From NCBI GenBank assembly GCA_052094845.1, contig JBQDKK010000001.1, positions 163,386 to 227,385 of the forward strand: DNA of 64,000 nt. Direction: 5' to 3'. The notes under the pieces are model-generated. The model was given only the letters and a program-made list of their open reading frames with translations, did not search any database and had not been told where the DNA came from. Positions 28,624-36,942 of this stretch are shown in pieces. This DNA comes from Leucobacter sp. (lineage in GTDB: Bacteria; Actinomycetota; Actinomycetes; Actinomycetales; Microbacteriaceae). The translations under genes and the position numbers were made by a program. The stretch's first letter is position 1; each line of letters starts with the position of its first letter.

Positions 28624-30215
28624 GCAACTTCCCTTTCCCAAACGAGTATGCCATCGACATACGTCTGGCGAACGCCTATTGCTCCGAGGGCAGCGGTTGG
28701 CGCAGTGAAAGGATCTTCGTCGAGCACGACGAAGTCAGCCCGCTTCCCGGGGGAGAGAGAACCGGTCCACTCCTCTGTTCCTGCCGCGTAGGACGCCTCA
28801 ATTGTGTACGCGCGGACCGCTTCAGTGACGGATAGCCGCTCCGCGGGCGCGAGCGTCGCACCTGATTGGGAGCGACGCTCGACGAGCGCTTGAATAGCTT
28901 GCATCGGAGTACCTGCGTGCGGTCTGTCGGTTGACGCAGCGAGCCGCACTCCCGCATCAATGAGCGACCTGCCGCGGTACAGTCGCGCAGTGCGCTCTTC
29001 TCCCATGATGTGAGCGAAATCGTCGCCGCTTGTTTGGAGGAAACACGGTTGAGACACCACGGTCACTTCGAGGTCAGACAGCGCCTCGAGCTGATCATCT
29101 CGTATGTAGGCGCCGTGTTCGATTCTGGGACGGCAGCCCACAAACGGGGCGCGCTCACGAGCAATGCGGAGCGCCGCTATCGCGACGTCGATAGCAACAT
29201 CCCCGATCGCGTGGATGGCTATACCGTATCCAGCGGCGTGCGCTGCCGTAACCTGCTGGATGAGCTCGTCTCGATCTCCGGCGAGGAAACCAACGTTGTC
29301 GGTGCGTGTATATGGTTCGCTGAAGGCCGCGGTGCGGGCCATCATTCCACCGTCGAACCAGAACTTCACCGCTCCGATTCGGAGGCGTTCGCTGCCGAAC
29401 CCTGACCCAATTGCCAGGCCCAGACCAATCTCTATGTCGTCGTCGGGATGGGCTGCGAGTGGCTTCAGAGTGTCGAAGTGTGGCATGAGCGTGGCGCGCA
29501 CAGTCAAGCGGCCGTCAGAGGCCAATCGTTGGAATGCGCGTAGCTCGACGGCGGAGATCGACGCGAGTCCTGCGCCGATTCCAGCATCGACGACGCTGGT
29601 AACGCCGTCGCGCAAGCACAGCTCTGCCGCCGTGCGCACTGCCTTCTCAATGAACGACAACGGGTAGGGATACACCTGCTCGCTCACCAGTTCTTGCTCT
29701 TCTTCGAGAAGCAGCCCGGCGCGGCCAAGGCAAGCGGCTGCGAGGCTCTGGTCGTCGGCTGAGGCGAGTGCTGCGCTGCTCGCAACTGAGGCGTGACCGG
29801 AGAAATGTTTCACCCATACCGGCCGGCCGCCTCCAGCAATGTCTAACTCAGCGGCAGTGAGGTGAACACCGCCGATGCGTCGCTGGTCGTAGCCTGTCAC
29901 CTCGATCCACTCTGTGGCTCCACGTGTGGTGGCGGCAGCGCTGACGCGGTTGAGCACACCCTCAGCGGTGGTCTCTTCCGTCACGTCCACTGAGAACTCT
30001 CGGGTTCCGGTCCAGCCCAGGTGGGTGTGGGCGTCGACAAAACCGGGAAGCACGGTTCTGCCGCGACAATCGAATCGAGCCCGAGCGTCAAGGTCATCGA
30101 TTTCCTCATCGAAACCGAGGATCTGTCCGTTCCACACGGCCATTCGCTGTGCAGTCGGACGGAGCGGGTCCATCGTGTGGATGGCCGCGTTTTCTATGAC
30201 GAGGTCGGCGCGCAT
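28620..30215 (-). CDS. YtcJ/NfdA-like metal-dependent amidohydrolase (Amidohydro_3)
   Basis: PGFVDAHTH, KFWFDGG, IHAIGD, RIEH, GSLSPGKRADFVVLD. Confidence 0.9.
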   Translation of the reverse strand: MRADLVIENAAIHTMDPLRPTAQRMAVWNGQILGFDEEIDDLDARARFDCRGRTVLPGFVDAHTHLGWTGTREFSVDVTEETTAEGVLNRVSAAATTRGATEWIEVTGYDQRRIGGVHLTAAELDIAGGGRPVWVKHFSGHASVASSAALASADDQSLAAACLGRAGLLLEEEQELVSEQVYPYPLSFIEKAVRTAAELCLRDGVTSVVDAGIGAGLASISAVELRAFQRLASDGRLTVRATLMPHFDTLKPLAAHPDDDIEIGLGLAIGSGFGSERLRIGAVKFWFDGGMMARTAAFSEPYTRTDNVGFLAGDRDELIQQVTAAHAAGYGIAIHAIGDVAIDVAIAALRIARERAPFVGCRPRIEHGAYIRDDQLEALSDLEVTVVSQPCFLQTSGDDFAHIMGEERTARLYRGRSLIDAGVRLAASTDRPHAGTPMQAIQALVERRSQSGATLAPAERLSVTEAVRAYTIEASYAAGTEEWTGSLSPGKRADFVVLDEDPFTAPTAALGAIGVRQTYVDGILVWEREVA

Positions 30216-30246
30216 GCCGAACTCCTTTCAATATGTTGGAAAGTCA

Positions 30247-31575
30247 TTACTGCGTGGGAGCTTGTGCCGGTTCCGGCATCTTCCTGTTGCGGTCGAGTCG
30301 AGCGCGGTCTCGCTCGAGCCCGGCTTTGATGTACGGCGTCTGCATCAGCAGCACGCACAAGAGGGTGACTGCCATTCCCGCCGCGAGGAATCCAGCAATG
30401 GACCACCACGATCCAGTTGCCAAGTACAGTCCAGTCACAATTGCGGGGGCGAAGCCAGAGAAGATCCCCACGAGGTTGAATCCGAGGGACATGCCGGAAT
30501 ATCGGATGCGCTCATCGAAAAGCTCGGCAAACAACGTGGGATAGGCCGCGAATGGCAACGAGATAATCGGGAACCAAATGATCATCGCGAGTGTGATTGA
30601 CCATGCCTCATTAATGTTCACGAGCATGAAGAACGGGGTGACGTACAGAACACCGAGACCGACGGCCCAATAGATGAGGCTCTTCGGGCGGTACTTCAGC
30701 ATGATACCAGCGTAGATTGGCAACACAATGAGCTCGGCGACGCCGCCCCACAGCACCGCGCTGGTGACATTCCTTGCTTCGCCACCAAGCGTCGTTGTGA
30801 CGTAGCCGACCAAGAATACCGTAGCAACGGTGAAGCCGGTGAGCTCAAGGATGCGCGAGCCTGCCACCAGGAGAATGCGTCCCCACGCCGATACGATTGC
30901 TTCCTTGATGGGGAACTCTGTGGTGCCCCCGTCTGCGGTCGCCGACGTGAAATCGTCGGTCTCTTCTACGGTACGTCGAATGACATAGCCAACGACGATG
31001 AGGAGCGCACTGACCAGGAATGGTATGCGCCAGCCCCAGCTGAGCATGTCTTCCTCTGGGAGCATCGCCACGAGTATGAAGGCGCCGTTTGCCATGATCG
31101 TACCGACCGGGCTTCCCATCTGCGGGGCAACGCCAAAGAATGCGCGCCAACGCAGCGGTGCGTTCTCAGTGACCACGAGCACCGACCCGCCCCACTCGCC
31201 GCCAACGCCTATTCCTTGGATGATGCGTAGGCAGACGAGGAGGACCGCAGCAATGCTTCCGATCTGAGTGGCGTCTGGAAGCAGTCCGACGGCGACGGTC
31301 GCAGCTCCCATGACGAGAAGTGACCAGGTGAACGCCACTCGCCTGCCGTGCCTGTCGCCGATGTGCCCGAAGATAACCGCCCCAAGCGGGCGGGCGAGAA
31401 AGCCGACGGCAAAGGTGAGCAAGCTGAAAAGCGTGCCCAAGCCGGGGTCGAGGTCATTGAAGAAGACCCTATTGAAAATCAGGGCGGAGGCTGTCCCGTA
31501 AATAAAGAAGTCGTACCACTCAATAGAACTACCGAGGAATGCGCCGAGCGTTGCCCTCGTGAGATTGCGGTTCAT
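30247..31575 (-). CDS. MFS transporter, metabolite:H+ symporter (MHS/ShiA-like)
   Basis: IEWYDFFIYG, GHIGDRHGRR, QGIGVGGEWGG, WGWRIPF, ELFDERIRYSG. Confidence 0.92.
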   Translation of the reverse strand: MNRNLTRATLGAFLGSSIEWYDFFIYGTASALIFNRVFFNDLDPGLGTLFSLLTFAVGFLARPLGAVIFGHIGDRHGRRVAFTWSLLVMGAATVAVGLLPDATQIGSIAAVLLVCLRIIQGIGVGGEWGGSVLVVTENAPLRWRAFFGVAPQMGSPVGTIMANGAFILVAMLPEEDMLSWGWRIPFLVSALLIVVGYVIRRTVEETDDFTSATADGGTTEFPIKEAIVSAWGRILLVAGSRILELTGFTVATVFLVGYVTTTLGGEARNVTSAVLWGGVAELIVLPIYAGIMLKYRPKSLIYWAVGLGVLYVTPFFMLVNINEAWSITLAMIIWFPIISLPFAAYPTLFAELFDERIRYSGMSLGFNLVGIFSGFAPAIVTGLYLATGSWWSIAGFLAAGMAVTLLCVLLMQTPYIKAGLERDRARLDRNRKMPEPAQAPTQ

Positions 31576-31622
31576 GTGTTCCTTTCCAAGCGCACCATTG
31601 CGCTATGCACCGCGACGTGCGG

Positions 31623-32255
31623 CTAGTTTGCGATGTGGGGGCAGCGCCCCCGCATCATTGAAGAAATCTCTCTGTCATCGGAGTCGCCGTTGGCAAGTTT
31701 TGTGGCGACGGTTTCGTTGTCTTCGTCCGCGCGGTTTTGTCCGAGCTTTGTTTTCACCTCGAGGATGGTTACGGGCAACGCAAACCCGAGTACCTGCGGG
31801 AGAAGCCGTTCAAGCCTGCCGTGTGCTGCTTCGTCCAACTGCCATGACGTCGACTCGGGGGAGTGCCTTGCCTCATGATCGGCTACCAGATCCAAAAGGT
31901 GTGCGCGTAGCTCGTCTTCAGTCAACCGGGTGGGGGTACCCGCGACGTGGACTGGAGCGTAGTTGTAGGTGGGAAGCCCCTCGCTGTGGTACCAGGCTGG
32001 CGTCACGTAGCTTGCCGGTCCGGGGAAGACAACCGTCACGCGCTTGCCTGCTGCGAGATGCTTGCTCGTTGGGTCCGCGAGCGGCATATGGCCAACGAGA
32101 ACGGGATCGCCGTCTCGGTTCTCTCGCCAGAGCACAGGCATATGCGCAATAGCGAGGGGTTGCTCCGTGATGATGACGGCGAGCGGGTGACGATCAACGA
32201 TTGCCTTCGCCGTGCCATACGCGTCGTGTGGAGCGTAGTTGGGGTTAATCCACAT
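31623..32255 (-). CDS. PaiB-like split-barrel protein (annotated elsewhere as FMN-binding negative regulator)
   Basis: LVGHM..ADP, SYVTPAWY, PTYNY..VH..G, KTKLGQN. Confidence 0.85.
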   Translation of the reverse strand: MWINPNYAPHDAYGTAKAIVDRHPLAVIITEQPLAIAHMPVLWRENRDGDPVLVGHMPLADPTSKHLAAGKRVTVVFPGPASYVTPAWYHSEGLPTYNYAPVHVAGTPTRLTEDELRAHLLDLVADHEARHSPESTSWQLDEAAHGRLERLLPQVLGFALPVTILEVKTKLGQNRADEDNETVATKLANGDSDDREISSMMRGRCPHIAN

Positions 32256-32272
32256 TGATGTTCCCTAAGTGT

Positions 32273-32299
32273 ATTGGTACAGTTTGTAACTGTGCTAAT
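32273..32299. promoter_or_regulatory. Palindromic operator between paiB-like gene and MocR
   Basis: ATTGGTACAGTT-tgt-AACTGTGCTAAT (10/12 inverted match). Confidence 0.6.
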
Positions 32300-33611
32300 A
32301 GATGATCTGGCGCCGGTAGCGTACACGGATGAGCTTGTCTCCGCAATAACAGTCAGGATTCGGGATGGTCGGCTGCAGCCAGGCGTGCAGCTGCCTTCGA
32401 TTCGGGCGCTCGCTACTGCGGTGGGTTTGAGTCCGGGAAGTGTTGCCAGCGCAATGCGAACACTGGGTGCACGTGGCCTTATCGTTTCGACGCAAGGGCG
32501 GCGCAGCGTCGTCGCCGACCTTGCCCGGCTTCCTGTCAGCTATCTCGCGACGGTGCCGACTGGTTTGGTAGATCTCAGCTCTGTGGAGCCGGATCCTGGG
32601 CTACTTCCTGACATTCGTGGATACCTCAATGCTGATCTGTACTCGGCGAGTATGTATGACGCGACAAATGTCATCCCTGAGCTGGAACGTGTCGTGCGTG
32701 AGGGGTTTGACGCTGACGGAATATCGGGCGAGCTCACCGCGACGAACGGGGCGCTCGACGCGCTCGAGCGGATATTGAGCGCTCGTCTACACCCGGGAGA
32801 CGTGGTATTGGTTGAAGATCCCTGCTGGGGATCGCAGCGGACGCTTTTGCAGGTGCTTGGCCTGGAAGCCGTGGGGGTGGCAATCGACGATGAGGGGTTC
32901 GTTCCGGAGGCGTTATCGCAGAGGCTGACACAACGGCGAGTGGCGGCGATTATTCACACACCACGGGGGCAAAACCCGACTGGTTCGGCGCTCTCCGCGG
33001 AGCGCGAGACCGCCTTGCGACGCGTCCTCAGTCGATATCCCGACGTGCTTGTCGTAGAGGATGACCACCTGTCGGGGGTTGCCTCGGTCCCGTTTCGCAC
33101 GCTCACGATGGGGCGGGCGGCCTGGGCTGTAGTGCGTTCGTTTAGCAAGACACTCGGCCCTGACCTGCGTCTCGCGGTCGCCGCGATGGACCAGGAGACG
33201 ACTGGCCGTGTACAGATGCGCCAGCTGATTGGGCCGGGCTGGGTGAGTCACCTGACGCAGCGGCTTGCCGCACGGGTACTCAGTGACCCGGTCGCGAAGG
33301 ATCGAATCGAGCGCGCCGCCGCGAGCTACGATGAACGTCGAGACCTACTGATTGAGGTGCTTGCGAAGTCCGGTATTCATGCGCGTGGCGTGTGCGGATT
33401 TACGGTGTGCGTGCCGGTGCCGGCCGAGGCTGAAATCGTTGCTGCGCTTGCCCGTAAGGGGTGGGCCGTTCAAGCGGGGGAGCCCTACAGGCTCGAGAGT
33501 CGTCCATTTATTCGGGTCTGCATTTCCCCGCTTACGGCCAGTGGAGTCTTGGAGTTCGCGAATGTCCTCGCTGGCGTGCTGCTCGTTCCACGACGGGCAC
33601 TCAGGCGCTAG
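32292..33611 (+). CDS. MocR/GntR family PLP-dependent regulator
   Basis: LPSIRALATAVGLSPGSVA wHTH; TPRGQNPTG, RSFSKTLGPDLR; GTG start at 32292 chosen (ORF is open from 32274). Confidence 0.88.
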   Translation: MLIDDLAPVAYTDELVSAITVRIRDGRLQPGVQLPSIRALATAVGLSPGSVASAMRTLGARGLIVSTQGRRSVVADLARLPVSYLATVPTGLVDLSSVEPDPGLLPDIRGYLNADLYSASMYDATNVIPELERVVREGFDADGISGELTATNGALDALERILSARLHPGDVVLVEDPCWGSQRTLLQVLGLEAVGVAIDDEGFVPEALSQRLTQRRVAAIIHTPRGQNPTGSALSAERETALRRVLSRYPDVLVVEDDHLSGVASVPFRTLTMGRAAWAVVRSFSKTLGPDLRLAVAAMDQETTGRVQMRQLIGPGWVSHLTQRLAARVLSDPVAKDRIERAAASYDERRDLLIEVLAKSGIHARGVCGFTVCVPVPAEAEIVAALARKGWAVQAGEPYRLESRPFIRVCISPLTASGVLEFANVLAGVLLVPRRALRR

Positions 33612-33968
33612 CAAAAGAGGCTCACGAGCGAGTAACTTGCGCGATTGCGCAAGTTGCTGTATGTTGGAGTGAGTATCAGGCCTATGCCAGGGTGAGCCTT
33701 CTGTACTCAGGCGCGCCGGGTGTACGTGACCGTCGGCCGCTGCGCAACGGGCTGATCGATGTTATTGCCCACATCGTCCCGGGCCCCGGTGAGTCTTTGA
33801 CGACCGGACAACTGGGCGGCGAGGTGCGCCGCTTCAGTCCACTGAACGCTGCAAGAATGCTTGTCTGGTGTCGGTTGGGCCTGGCGAGTATGGCATGTCG
33901 GGTAGGGCTTTGCGCTGCGGCAGGTGATTTGTCGGGGCGTCTATCTAACGCTTGAAAGGGGGCACGTC

Positions 33969-34679
33969 ATGGAAATGCTTGATCTTGCTCTTCGTATCTT
34001 CGCCGGCCTCGCGCTTGGCGCCGCCATCGGGTTCGAACGCCAGCTGCGATCCCGCACCGCGGGAGTGCGCACGAACGCGCTCGTGAGTCTCGGGGCCGCG
34101 CTCTTCGTGATCATGGGCGCCTTCAGTTTCGACGAGTCTGGAGCAGACCCGACGCGGGTCGCCGCCCAAATCGTGTCTGGGATCGGTTTCCTCGGCGCGG
34201 GTGTCATCATGAAGCAGGGCACCTCGATCTCTGGCCTGAACACCGCGGCGACGCTGTGGGCCTCGGCGGCCGTCGGCGCGCTCGCGGGCGGTGGCATGCT
34301 GCTCGTGGCCGTCGGGGGAACGGTGGCGATCGTGCTGTCGAACATTCTGCTGCGACCGCTCGGGAGGCTCCTCGACCGCGCGGGCGGCGCCGCCTCCCGC
34401 GAGCCCGTCGCGACGGAGTATGAGTTCGTGGTCCGTTCGTCGGCCTCTGCGGAGGTCGCCGTTCGGTCCAAAGTTGTCGCGGCGCTGCAGAACCCCGAGT
34501 TCACGGTGCACTCGCTCGCAGCGGCCGATGTCGCAGACGGCGTCGTCGAGCTCACCGCGACGATCATCTCGCACGAACGCAATGACAGTGCCCTGGAAGC
34601 CGCCATCGCCGACGTCATCCCGGTCCCGGAAGTGACGTCGGTGCGGTGGGCCGCGCAGGAACTGCGCGGAGAGGACTAG
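33969..34679 (+). CDS. mgtC: MgtC/SapB family protein with C-terminal ACT-like domain
   Basis: IGFERQ...AGVRTNALV, DPTRVAAQIVSGIGFLGAG, GLNTAATLW. Confidence 0.93.
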   Translation: MEMLDLALRIFAGLALGAAIGFERQLRSRTAGVRTNALVSLGAALFVIMGAFSFDESGADPTRVAAQIVSGIGFLGAGVIMKQGTSISGLNTAATLWASAAVGALAGGGMLLVAVGGTVAIVLSNILLRPLGRLLDRAGGAASREPVATEYEFVVRSSASAEVAVRSKVVAALQNPEFTVHSLAAADVADGVVELTATIISHERNDSALEAAIADVIPVPEVTSVRWAAQELRGED

Positions 34680-35077
34680 GAGCGGGCCTGCTCGCGTGAA
34701 GCGATGAGCGCGATGAGGCGCCACCCGAGGAGGAAGGCGCCCACGGTCAGCGTCGCGACGATCACGAACGGGATCGCGGTGCCCTGCCCTGTCAACGCGC
34801 GGAAGAGCATGCCGAAGCCGACGGTGCCGATCCAGACGGGAACACCCGTGCGGAGGATCGCGCCGGGTCGGCGCCACGCGAGCGTGAGTAGCCACGAGAG
34901 CGCGAGGCCCGCGAGGAACGGCCAGGCTGTTTCGAGCGGGCCAAGGAGCGTCGCCTCGCGCGCATGGCTGCCGCGGCCAACCGCGGCAAACACCACAATG
35001 AGGGCGGCGTCGAGCAGCAGCATGCCGGTCACGGCGGCGGCCGACGCGCGATTGGGGGAGTCTGCCCGCGTTGTCAT
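34676..35077 (-). CDS. DUF3054 family membrane protein
   Basis: D..L...FA..GRGSH, TAWPFL.G, GTA.PF..VA. Confidence 0.8.
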   Translation of the reverse strand: MTTRADSPNRASAAAVTGMLLLDAALIVVFAAVGRGSHAREATLLGPLETAWPFLAGLALSWLLTLAWRRPGAILRTGVPVWIGTVGFGMLFRALTGQGTAIPFVIVATLTVGAFLLGWRLIALIASREQARS

Positions 35078-35092
35078 GTTCCGCTCCGCTCG

Positions 35093-35896
35093 CTAGTTCT
35101 TCGCTGCGGCGACCGTCGCGATGACGGCGTCGTGGAGGGGGCCATTGGTGGCGAGCGAGCTGCCGTTCCACGCAGTCTCGTTGCCCTCGATATCGGTGAA
35201 ACGGCCACCCGCCTCGGTGACGATCGGCACGAGCGCCGCGAGGTCGTACGCCTTGACGTCGAACTCGGCGACGATATCGACGAGGCCCTCAGCGAGCAGC
35301 ATGTACGACCACATATCGCCGTAGGCGCGATCGCGCCAGGTCGCCTGCTCGAGAGCGAGCAGTGAGTCAAGGTAGCCAGCGAGGCGCCACTGCTCGATCG
35401 ACTGGAAGCTCAGCGATGCGTGCTCGAGGTTGCTCACGCCCGATACGCGGAGCCTACGTGGCTCCTTCCCGACTTCCTGACCCCAGGCGCCGCCTCCGAT
35501 CTCGGCCCACCAGCGCATCCCAAATCCGGGTGCGGAGACCACGCCGACGGTCTGTACGCCGTCGACTTCGAGTGCGATGAGCGTCGCCCAGTTCGGGACG
35601 CCGCGGAGGAAGTTCGAGGTACCGTCGATCGGGTCAAGGATCCACCGACGTGAGCCCTTGTCCTCGCGACCGGACTCCTCGCCGAAGAAGCCATCGTTTG
35701 GGCGCTCAACCTCGATTCGCGCCCGCAGAGCGTCCTCAACCGCCTTGTCGGCGTCGGTGACGAACGTGCGGTCAGGCTTCGTGTCGACGCGCAGGTCGGC
35801 CGCGCGGAAGCGGGGGAGAGAGATCGAGTCTGCGAGGTCAGCGAGCGCGAGCGCGAACGCGAGATCCGGCGACGGGGAGGTGGGCTGCTCGATCAT
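35093..35896 (-). CDS. hisN: Histidinol-phosphatase (IMPase-like)
   Basis: KPDRTFVTDAD, WILDPIDGTSNF.RGVPNWATLIAL, RAYGDMWSYMLLAEG. Confidence 0.88.
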   Translation of the reverse strand: MIEQPTSPSPDLAFALALADLADSISLPRFRAADLRVDTKPDRTFVTDADKAVEDALRARIEVERPNDGFFGEESGREDKGSRRWILDPIDGTSNFLRGVPNWATLIALEVDGVQTVGVVSAPGFGMRWWAEIGGGAWGQEVGKEPRRLRVSGVSNLEHASLSFQSIEQWRLAGYLDSLLALEQATWRDRAYGDMWSYMLLAEGLVDIVAEFDVKAYDLAALVPIVTEAGGRFTDIEGNETAWNGSSLATNGPLHDAVIATVAAAKN

Positions 35897-35948
35897 GAGG
35901 CTCCGTGAGTGCTCGGGCCGCTGCGCGGCTTGACTACCTCAGCTAAGC

Positions 35949-36362
35949 CTAGCGCTCCGTGTTGAGCCGTGAGAGCTTCGCGAGCTCTGCAGCCTCGTCG
36001 ACCGTGGGATCCTTCTTCGCGATTCGCTTGATGAGGTCCGCAGCTCCGTCGTAGACGACGTGGCGCAGGAAGGCCGCCGGATCCTCAGCCTGCGCTGCGT
36101 CCGCCACCGCGAGCGAAAGCTGCCCGGTGGCGGTGCGCTTTGCGAGCGAGACCCGCGGGTTCTTCAGGCCGGTCACGCCATCGCCCGCGCTGATCTCACC
36201 CCCGATGTGAAGAAACAGGTCGAGGTCGTACGCGAACACTGTGTCGGCGAGATCGCGCGTGATGCGCTTCGGCTCCCCGTAATAGTCGGGCTTGAGCGTG
36301 GTGCCGCCGAACACCGTGCGGAAGGTCAGTCGACCGGCCTGCGGCGAGAGCGGATCTGGCAT
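35949..36362 (-). CDS. Hypothetical protein, possibly Imm12-like polymorphic-toxin immunity protein
   Basis: N-terminal strand ending VFGG; LFLHIGGEIS....TGL..PR.S..KR pattern recalls Imm12; recognised by eye only. Confidence 0.45.
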   Translation of the reverse strand: MPDPLSPQAGRLTFRTVFGGTTLKPDYYGEPKRITRDLADTVFAYDLDLFLHIGGEISAGDGVTGLKNPRVSLAKRTATGQLSLAVADAAQAEDPAAFLRHVVYDGAADLIKRIAKKDPTVDEAAELAKLSRLNTER

Positions 36363-36392
36363 AGGGGAATTCTCGTCGGAGCGGGGCCCGGC

Positions 36393-36722
36393 TCACGAGA
36401 TAGCTGCGAGTTGCGTGACTACGAAGAAGAGCCAGATGGCGCCAGCGATGAGCCCGAGGTATCCGAGCACGAGCCCCGCCACGGCGAGGCCCCACCCGCG
36501 CTCGTGAGTGCGGTTGATCTGGGAGAGCGCGATGTGTCCGAGCACGATGGCTGCGATAGAGATGCAGAAAGACAGCACGAACGAGAGGATCGCGAGCGAG
36601 TTGTACTTCTCGACAGTCATGTACGACGTTGTGCGGTGTTTCGCCCGCCTCACGGCCGTCGTAATGACGATGACCGTGCACGCGACGAGGGCGACAAGGA
36701 TGAGCAGGGTGAGCGGATCCAT
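36393..36722 (-). CDS. DUF4190 domain membrane protein
   Basis: NSLAILSFVLS...AIVLGHIALSQI.RT.ERG.GLA.AGL.LGY. Confidence 0.88.
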   Translation of the reverse strand: MDPLTLLILVALVACTVIVITTAVRRAKHRTTSYMTVEKYNSLAILSFVLSFCISIAAIVLGHIALSQINRTHERGWGLAVAGLVLGYLGLIAGAIWLFFVVTQLAAIS

Positions 36723-36942
36723 GTGGGCTCCTTCCGGTGGCCGGCGCGGTGCCGGGCTTCGGCACACGCTAGTTCAGTGGAGATCGATCGCGGGGGCAAA
36801 CGGGCGGGGCACCCCGTTGCGATTCTCCGGAGAGTCCGTTCGGGCTCCGAACGGGCCGGGGAGATCATCAGGTCAATAGCTCTTTGATAGCTTTTCAGCA
36901 GCAAGACTATCTTTTCTGAAATCTCAGGGCTAGGGTCGGCCC

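Noticed and set aside
33633-33658. Palindrome agtaacttgcgc-gatt-gcgcaagttgct as part of the four-box family
   Set aside because: No similarity to the CCAATT/ATTGG boxes; more simply a terminator or operator after MocR.
25240-33700. Classical integrative element in the ssrA 3' end
   Set aside because: No integrase and no duplicate of the tmRNA 3' end seen by eye downstream; kept only as a compositional islet.
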